Made by a program: the position numbers and the translations under genes
Shown here: one piece after another, positions 56,605 through 64,000 of the stretch
How the letters are laid out: each line of letters starts with the position of its first letter
How positions within the stretch are numbered: position 1 is the first letter of the stretch
Origin: Bugula neritina
Taxonomy: Eukaryota; Animalia; Bryozoa
Reading direction: 5' to 3'
Length of the DNA stretch: 64,000 nt
Assembly (NCBI GenBank): GCA_964035545.1
Contig: CAXIUT010000205.1
Coordinates: 1,007 to 65,006 of the forward strand
Notes under the pieces: generated by a model
Database searches by the model: none
What the model saw: only the letters and a program-made list of their open reading frames with translations
What the model was told of the DNA's origin: nothing

Positions 56605-58995
56605 ATGTATATAAGAAACCCCTATATAACCAAATTTAAAGAAATACATTATGAAATACCAAATTTAATTTACTTTTACAATATCAGAGGTGATAGGAAA
56701 CAAAGTTTCTTTTATCTAACTGATTTCCTTATTAAATTATCATATAAATATTGTTTTAAAATGTTATGTATCCTGCTATTAAAACGTTTTTTATTTATGT
56801 CTTTTTTTAAATATACTTTAAATTGAAATAGGTACAATTTAAAAACATTAGATATTTCAAGTGTTAAAAACTTATTTGAAAAAAAAACCTTAATAAGAAA
56901 AAATGTTGTTACATTGTTACAGTTTAAAATAAAAAATTTATTTTCTTTTATATTTAATTATTCTTATTTTTTAAATATATATACATATAAACTAAAAAAA
57001 TATTTGAAAACATTATCGATAAAGGATGTTTTCAAATATTTTTTTATTTATAATAAGTGTAAATTAAGTATATATAAATTAATAAACAAGAATAGTAAAT
57101 CTATTTTTATTAGTACAATACAAATGTATTTTTTAAATAGAAAGGAATACACTTTTGATGTTTTACTTTCTATTAAAAGTAAAGAAAAAACGAGTTTAAA
57201 TAGTTACAATACTATATTGTTTTTATTATTAGTGATTAAGAACATAAAAAAACAAGTTTTTTTAAAAGAACACTTGTTGGTTTTTAAAAAAGAAAAAAAA
57301 CACATATTGTCTTCTTTTTTAAAAAGAGAACCTTTTTCAAAGAATCAATATTTATTTAAGAATAAAACTGTACACTTACTATCAGATAATACGAAGTTTT
57401 TATCTAATAATACCTCGGTAACTGCTACTAAGCAGGTGCGTTTTATACTTAGCTTTTTAAAAAAGTACCATTTCTTAAAAAATTATTTATCGTTTAAATC
57501 ATGAAACTGATTTAATTACTTATCATTTAATAAATTAAAATTAAAAATGAGACTGTTTTTTTTTATTAATAGTTTCCAAAGTACAGTCAATAAAAGACTA
57601 AGATTATTTTTTTTAAAAATAAAAAACAAGTTTTTTAATTTTTTAAATAGGTGAGCGAACACGAACCCAAAAATAATGCCTTTTCATAGACGGGCGAAGC
57701 TGTTTGCACATTTTAAAGGTTTTATAAGACATTTAAAACACCTATATGTTTCGAGATTAAATAATAATACTGGAAAAAAAAAACCTTCTTTAAATAGGTA
57801 TCATACTTTGTTTAACACCCATTTAAAATTCAAGTTTCTATCTATTTTAGGTAAAAGAAAATTATTAAAAGAATTAACTTTTCTCCATACAAGAAAAAAA
57901 ATTTTAAAAATGTTCTTGAAAATCTATTATAATATTAATTATAATACTTTTTTCTACTTTATAAGAAACTTAAAGTATAAGCTTAATATAACAAAGATAA
58001 AAGACTTTGTGTTTTTTTTGGAATATAAATCAAATATCTTTTTAAAAAAGTACTTTTTTTTAAATCTTAACGAGATAGAGAAGTTATACCAGAATAATTT
58101 TTTTAAAAAAAAACATTTGTCTAATTGCTTATTAAATATAGGTGATATAATTTATCTAAATAGGCATAGAACTAATTTAAATTATAAAAAGTTTATGTTA
58201 TTTTTAAATTTTATTTTTTTTGTAGATCCTTTTAGATTAAAAAAAAAAAAACACATTTTAAATTCGTTATATAATTTTGTATATAACTCTTTGTCTTTTA
58301 ATAAACTAAAAAAACATAATGTCTTTAAATCTACTAAAGCTCTTAATTTAAATACTATTAATAATTGATATGTTAATCTTTTTTCTAAGATATTACTTTT
58401 TAATAAAAAAGAAGCGCCTTACACTTTTTATAAAAGTGTAATTTGATTTTACAATCAAAATTATGAAATTAACAAAATAAATTCTATATCTACTAGTAGG
58501 ACCAATCATTTATATTTGAAATATTTGTTACCTCTTTTTTCAAGAACAAACTCTTATATACGATACAATCTTATTTCTTTTTGTAAAAAAGCAAATTTCA
58601 GTAACATATATAGCCCCACTGGTGAGGTAAAAACATATATACTAAATAATAAATACTGAAAATTTAAAGACTGATTGATTAAGAATAAAAAAAATGTAGT
58701 AAAACACCTTTTAGTGAATAATCATAAAAAAAGTGTTTTTTCTAATTGACGTAGGTATAATAATCATTTTTATAGATGATCTAAATATAGTTATTATGTG
58801 AATAGACGTAATACATTAAAAAATATTTTTTTTTCTAAAAAAAGATCTGTGTCTAAAAACTATATTATAAATAACAAATTAAGTCCTTATATAAAAGATA
58901 CAACTTTTTTACCATTAAATTATTATAAATTAAATCTATTAAAACACATCAATTTTTTTAATAATAAAAAAAGTAAATTGAAATCCATAATATAA
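56605..58995 (+). CDS. rps4: expanded ribosomal protein S4 (796 aa)
   Basis: Four track ORFs in one frame via TGA; S4-like segment KKILKMFLKIYYNI...FFLEYKSNIFL...LLNIGDIIYL. Confidence 0.65.
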
Positions 58996-58999
58996 TTTG

Positions 59000-59926
59000 A
59001 TGTTTTTATATAGTACCACACATTTTTTTATAAAAAAACATTGTTTTTTTATATATAAAAACGCCACACTTATTAGACACAAGCGTCTTTTTAAGGGGGT
59101 TAGGTCGTTAATAAGACAGTTATTGGTACATTTGTTTGATTTGTATAAAAAAACTTTAAATAATTACAATGTTTATTTGAATACAATAAATTTAAAAAAC
59201 AAATCTAACCATAGTTATAATAACACTATTATAAAATTATTTTTGTATAGTTATTCTTTAATGTCTAATTTGAATGTCTTCAAAAAAGCTTTAAATAATT
59301 ATGTCTTCTCTTTTTTTAGTATTTATTTAAATTTAAAGAATGTAGTATTTTTAAATAAAAAAACTTATTTATATAAGTTGTACATTTTTGTTTTTTTATA
59401 TTATTTCTTTAGTGATTTAAAAGATACAAACTTTTTCGTATTAAACAAATTATATCTGTGTTTTAATTACTATTCTATAATAAATAGTTTTCATGACTCT
59501 TTAATAAAATGTTACTCCACTAATCTGAAGGTAGACTCATTGAACACTGATTCTATATTTAATAATAGTAACAATAAAATGTTTTATTTTTACCTGTTTA
59601 AAGTGCTTCGTTTTAAACATTTCAATTTTAATACGCCTTCGAGAACAACTGCTTCTTTTTATATATCATATAAATCCTCTTATTTAAATATATTTATTAT
59701 GAGACATTTTTATAGTAATTATAGGTCTTTTATGACACATTTTAAATATTTTTTATATGGATATAAAAAATATTTTTATACTTCTATGTATCTGTACTCC
59801 TCATGACGGTTTTTTTTTAGATACAGTTATGCTCGTTACTTAAATAGTCTAAATATAACAGCAAGATTAGATACAACAAAATCAAAAAAGTTAAAAAACG
59901 TTTTAAAACTGAAGTTTGTATTTTAA
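59000..59926 (+). CDS. orf308 (wrapped copy)
   Basis: Copy of 883-1809. Confidence 0.55.
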
Positions 59927-59931
59927 AATAA

Positions 59932-60333
59932 ATGAATAACATAAAAAAACCTTTTTTTAATAAAAGCATTAATATAAAAAATAGAGTGTTTTTCAACGAT
60001 AATAGTTACTATGTTATTGCAGGAGATACTTGTTTTTTGTCTAAAAAATGTATAGACTCTTGTCTTAGAATAATACGTTTTTATATTAGAAGAGCCACAA
60101 CAAAAAAGAATAAAAAAGTTATTACTTGTTTACAATTAAATATACCTGTTACCAAAAAAAGTAAAAAGACCAGAATGGGTGCAGGTAAAGGTAAAGTCAA
60201 AAAATTACTTTCTAAAGTGTACATGAATAGTATAATGTTTATTTTTAAAAACGTAAAACCTTTTATAATGTATAAAGTCTTTAAGTATTTAAAATACCAT
60301 ATGCCTATAAAGATATTAATATATAAAACATAG
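59932..60333 (+). CDS. rpl16: ribosomal protein L16 (wrapped copy)
   Basis: Copy of 1815-2216. Confidence 0.93.
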   Translation: MNNIKKPFFNKSINIKNRVFFNDNSYYVIAGDTCFLSKKCIDSCLRIIRFYIRRATTKKNKKVITCLQLNIPVTKKSKKTRMGAGKGKVKKLLSKVYMNSIMFIFKNVKPFIMYKVFKYLKYHMPIKILIYKT

Positions 60334-60335
60334 AG

Positions 60336-60704
60336 ATGGTTTTAGTAGGTACACAATTACTTGTTTCAGATAATTCGGGGGCTATTTCAGTAAACTGTAT
60401 AAAAATATTAGGTTCTAGTTTCTGTAATCACACTTATGTGGGTGATAAGTTAATAGTTTCAGTAAGAACTACATTTACAAGAGCGAAAACCTTACTACGT
60501 AATGTTTATAAGAGTGTTTTAATTAGACAAAAAACTTATACATATAGAAAAAGTGGTTTACGTATATGTTTTTCTTCAAACAGTGTTGTTCTTATAAAAA
60601 TACGTAATGAACCAATAGGTACTCGAGTAGTCGGATGTACTTTACAGGAATTAAGGTATAAAAAGTTTTTAAAGATAATGTTACTTTCTTGGAAAACCAT
60701 ATAG
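60336..60704 (+). CDS. rpl14: ribosomal protein L14 (wrapped copy)
   Basis: Copy of 2219-2587. Confidence 0.96.
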   Translation: MVLVGTQLLVSDNSGAISVNCIKILGSSFCNHTYVGDKLIVSVRTTFTRAKTLLRNVYKSVLIRQKTYTYRKSGLRICFSSNSVVLIKIRNEPIGTRVVGCTLQELRYKKFLKIMLLSWKTI

Positions 60705-60712
60705 CTTGTGAT

Positions 60713-61249
60713 ATGTTATTTTATAAAGATTACAATAGTTTTATTTATTTTTTAAATATAAAAGAGAAAGTACATTTTTTTTACAATAGGTTTAAGCAAT
60801 GAACGAGCATAATACAACTTTTAATACACCGTATTAAAATAAAATATACTATATTGCCTTCTATAGATAACAATATTATCTTTTCTAACAATAAATTATT
60901 TTTTAATAATTTATTTTTTAATACGTTTTTTAATAACAATAAAAATACTAAATATAATACATATTTTTTAAATATAAAAATAACATTGCTATTTAATAAC
61001 CATTACTATACATTAATTAATATTATGAATAATACGTTTTATAAAAAAATATATATGGAAAAAACAAGATCACATATTAATTTCTTAAAACAAATTACAA
61101 TTCATAATAATAATATATATAAAGTCTTTAATAATGTGTTTTTACAATTAAAAAAAATTAAACCTATGTGTTATATATACTTCTTTTTTAATACAAACAA
61201 TTATTTTTTTAATAAATTAATACTAAGTCATTTGTTTATAAACATTTAA
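60713..61249 (+). CDS. rpl5: probable ribosomal protein L5 (wrapped copy)
   Basis: Copy of 2596-3132. Confidence 0.45.
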
Positions 61250-61252
61250 GAT

Positions 61253-62827
61253 ATGATGCTGCATTTATTTAAAACAAAACAAGTAGAAACAAAGAACGAA
61301 TATATAGAGGGGTGATGTCGACTTATAGTCTCTAATGGTACCACATCTAGAGAAACAACTGAGCCTAATGAAATTTTAAACAACACAAAACGTAATGTAT
61401 TTAACAATAAAGCTAAAGGACTTTTTAGAAGAACAGAGGTAATATTCAAGGCTAATAGATACTATTCTACATCTACTCACCTAAAAGAGAGAAAGTTTTG
61501 TCTTGACGTGTTTTCCAAAGATTGTCTTGACTTGTTGTCCAATCTAACAAATAATCTTGTAACACAGAAGAGATTATTTGTTAGAGGTACTTCTAATTTT
61601 AATTATTTTAATTATTCTTATAAATCGAATAGGTATTTTAAATGAAATAGCTTATCTTATGAAAAAATGATTAAACTATTTTCTTATGAATTTAAAGAAC
61701 TTAATAATGCCGTGCATATTTTTTTCTTTTCTTCTCTTTTAATTAAATATTTAGTATGTATATCTAAAAATAAAATATTTTTATTATTCAATGAATTTAT
61801 ATTTTTTAAATTAAAGAATCTATTAAATATAATTTTTAAGAATTCTTTTAATAAGTTATTTAATTTAAATTATATAGAATATTTTTATATTTTTAATTAC
61901 ATCTACAAAAGAAAACATGATTTGTTTCTGTATAAATCCGAAGTAAAGAATTTATACAATAATGAGAAAGTACTTAGCTCTTTAAAAAAGAATTTACTTA
62001 ATAAATTCTTTAGTAAGTATTGATTAAGAGGTAGTTACGTACATACATTTGTAATGAAATATATGTTACGCTTTTATAGAAACTTTTCTTCTAAAGAAGG
62101 TAAATATGTAAGACGTTCTTTTAAGAGATATAGCTTTCGTAAATTATTTGAACTAAATGCGAAGAATAATTGATTGGATAACATTTATAAGCCTTCTTCT
62201 AATAACAATTTAGAAAAAAAAATATTTCGTTACAAAAGTCTTTATAAAAAATATAAGTCTTTTTATAATACTTCTAATGTATCAGTCTACCGAGAAAATG
62301 GAATGGATAAAAGCCATTTGAAAAAAAAAATATTTCAGAAAAGATCTTTTAACAAACAAATATTTATTTATCAAATAAAAACATTATTTCACTTAAGTAA
62401 AAGTAATTTAAGAAGAAATCTCTTTTTGAATAATATACTAAAAACAAATTTTATTTTTAAACATAATAATTTGAAAAAGACTCTTATTAAAAAGTGTTTG
62501 ACTAATTGATATTGAGAGAAAACAACAAATGCTATGAAAAAAAATAAGAGATTTTTTTTTAAAAACAATACTTATTTAAAAAAAAATATGAGATATGCTT
62601 CTTATTATTTTAATTCTTTTTTTAAATATGAAATAAAAATAATAAATTATTTTTATTTATATTTAAAAAAAAGTTTATTTTATTTAAAAAGTACGGATAT
62701 TTTTTCTATGTTCAAACAGTATATTTTCATTTATAAGTTCGATTGTACAAATATTAATATAGATAATTTAAATAAATTGTCTATCAACTTTTTTTTAAAT
62801 TATAACGTAAACTTCTTAAAAAGTTAA
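61253..62827 (+). CDS. orf524 (wrapped copy)
   Basis: Copy of 3136-4710. Confidence 0.7.
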
Positions 62828-62850
62828 CTTTTTTTTTTATAAAAACAAAT

Positions 62851-63735
62851 ATGTTCTCTAAAAATTATAGACCTCGTCATTATTATAATAATATTTTATT
62901 TACTCCTTGACCTTTTTTTATCGGTGTTTGTTTATTTCAAATAATATTTGTATTTATATTCTTATTAAATAAATATTATTTATTTAGTTATACAATAACT
63001 TATCTAATTTTTTTTATTACATTATATATAACTATAGAATCAATAATACAATGATTTATGGAAATAGTTGAAGAATCTTTTTTTGGTAAGTATACAAAAA
63101 AACTTAGAGCAGCTCTTTCTTTTGGTTTTATGCTATTTCTAATTTCAGAAATAATGCTTTTTGGATCATTCTTTTGAGTGTTTTTTGATAGAATTTTTCA
63201 TACTTCTTATGTAACAGGTTTTTTAACAGTACCTACAAGTATAGAGGCTATCAGATGATTTAAAGAACCTTTGTACGCAACAATTATATTAGTTGCATCA
63301 GGTTATACAGGTAATTACTCTTGTTATCTATATAAATCAAGGAAAATAGTATTAGCTTATCTGTTTAGTATTTTAACGAATCTATTAGGTATGTTTTTTT
63401 TATATATACAGTATAGTGAATATACTCATTTAGAATTTAGTATATCTGATAATGTGTACTGTAGTATTTTTTTTTTATTAACAGGTTTTCATGGGATTCA
63501 TGTAATAGTAGGTAATATATTTTTATTTACACAATATCTGTTAAAGTTTTTTTATATTGATAATAAAGTATTTGGTTTAACATTAGCTTTAATATATTGA
63601 CATTTCGTAGATGTAATATGAATATTTTTGTTTGTATTTGTTTATGTCTTTAATAACATAGATTATCTGTTCTTAAAAGGAGAAGCACTTCTTTATTATA
63701 GTGAGAACTTCACTTACTTTTTAAATAGCAGATAA
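62851..63735 (+). CDS. cox3: cytochrome c oxidase subunit 3 (wrapped copy)
   Basis: Copy of 4734-5618. Confidence 0.96.
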
Positions 63736-64000
63736 ATGTTATTTAATTATATTTACATATTTTATATACTTATAATATTTTCTTCTTTTTTAATGATAGT
63801 TTCAAATAATCCAATACATTCTGTATTTTTTTTTATATCTATATTTCTTAATAGTTCAATAATTATTATTTTGCATAATATAGATTTTTTAGGATTCTTA
63901 CTTCTAATAGTTTATGTAGGTGCAATAGCGATACTGTTTTTATTCGTAGTTATGATGACTAATATAAAGAGAATTGAAAACGATACGACAATCCATTTTT
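63736..64000 (+). CDS. nad6: NADH dehydrogenase subunit 6, 5' part (wrapped copy, cut by the window end)
   Basis: Copy of 5619-5883. Confidence 0.93.
   Translation, partial: MLFNYIYIFYILIIFSSFLMIVSNNPIHSVFFFISIFLNSSIIIILHNIDFLGFLLLIVYVGAIAILFLFVVMMTNIKRIENDTTIHF

Larger units (their letters stand above)
58118..64000 (+). repeat. repeat of positions 1-5883 (circular wrap-around; unit length 58,117 bp)
   Basis: All ORFs recur at an offset of exactly 58117 (e.g. 681/58798, 5154/63271) with identical translations. Confidence 0.97.

Noticed and set aside
58118-64000. Apparent 5.9-kb segmental duplication of rps4 to nad6
   Set aside because: It recurs at a fixed offset and runs to both window edges; best explained as circular wrap-around or concatemer, not a biological duplication.

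Overview
The window holds a complete, very AT-rich, gene-dense protist mitochondrial genome of 58,117 bp. Positions 58118-64000 repeat positions 1-5883, consistent with a circular map wrapping round. It uses TGA=Trp (in-frame TGA at conserved Trp sites, plus a tRNA-Trp with anticodon UCA), so the supplied ORF track fragments most genes; coordinates below were re-read by hand with TGA as Trp. Content: nad1-4, 4L, 5-9 and a split nad11; cob; cox1-3; cox11; atp1, 3, 6, 8, 9; tatC; about 16 ribosomal proteins, several hugely expanded; rns and rnl; 15 tRNAs plus 3 degenerate tRNA-like elements; several ORFans. All genes except nad7 are on the + strand. The combination atp3 + cox11 + tatC and a long Cox1 tail suggests a discoban, probably heterolobosean, host (inference, not verified). 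The most striking feature is the single cox1 group II intron (13230-16010). It carries a maturase fused in frame to exon 1 with a degenerate RT active site, followed by the genome's only atp9 gene nested inside the intron upstream of domain V. Also notable: nad11 split exactly at CPV|GAL by a 25-nt near-palindromic insert, a clear 5' tRNA-editing signature, Ser and Leu tRNAs without a long variable arm, and GC-rich double-hairpin and palindrome elements.
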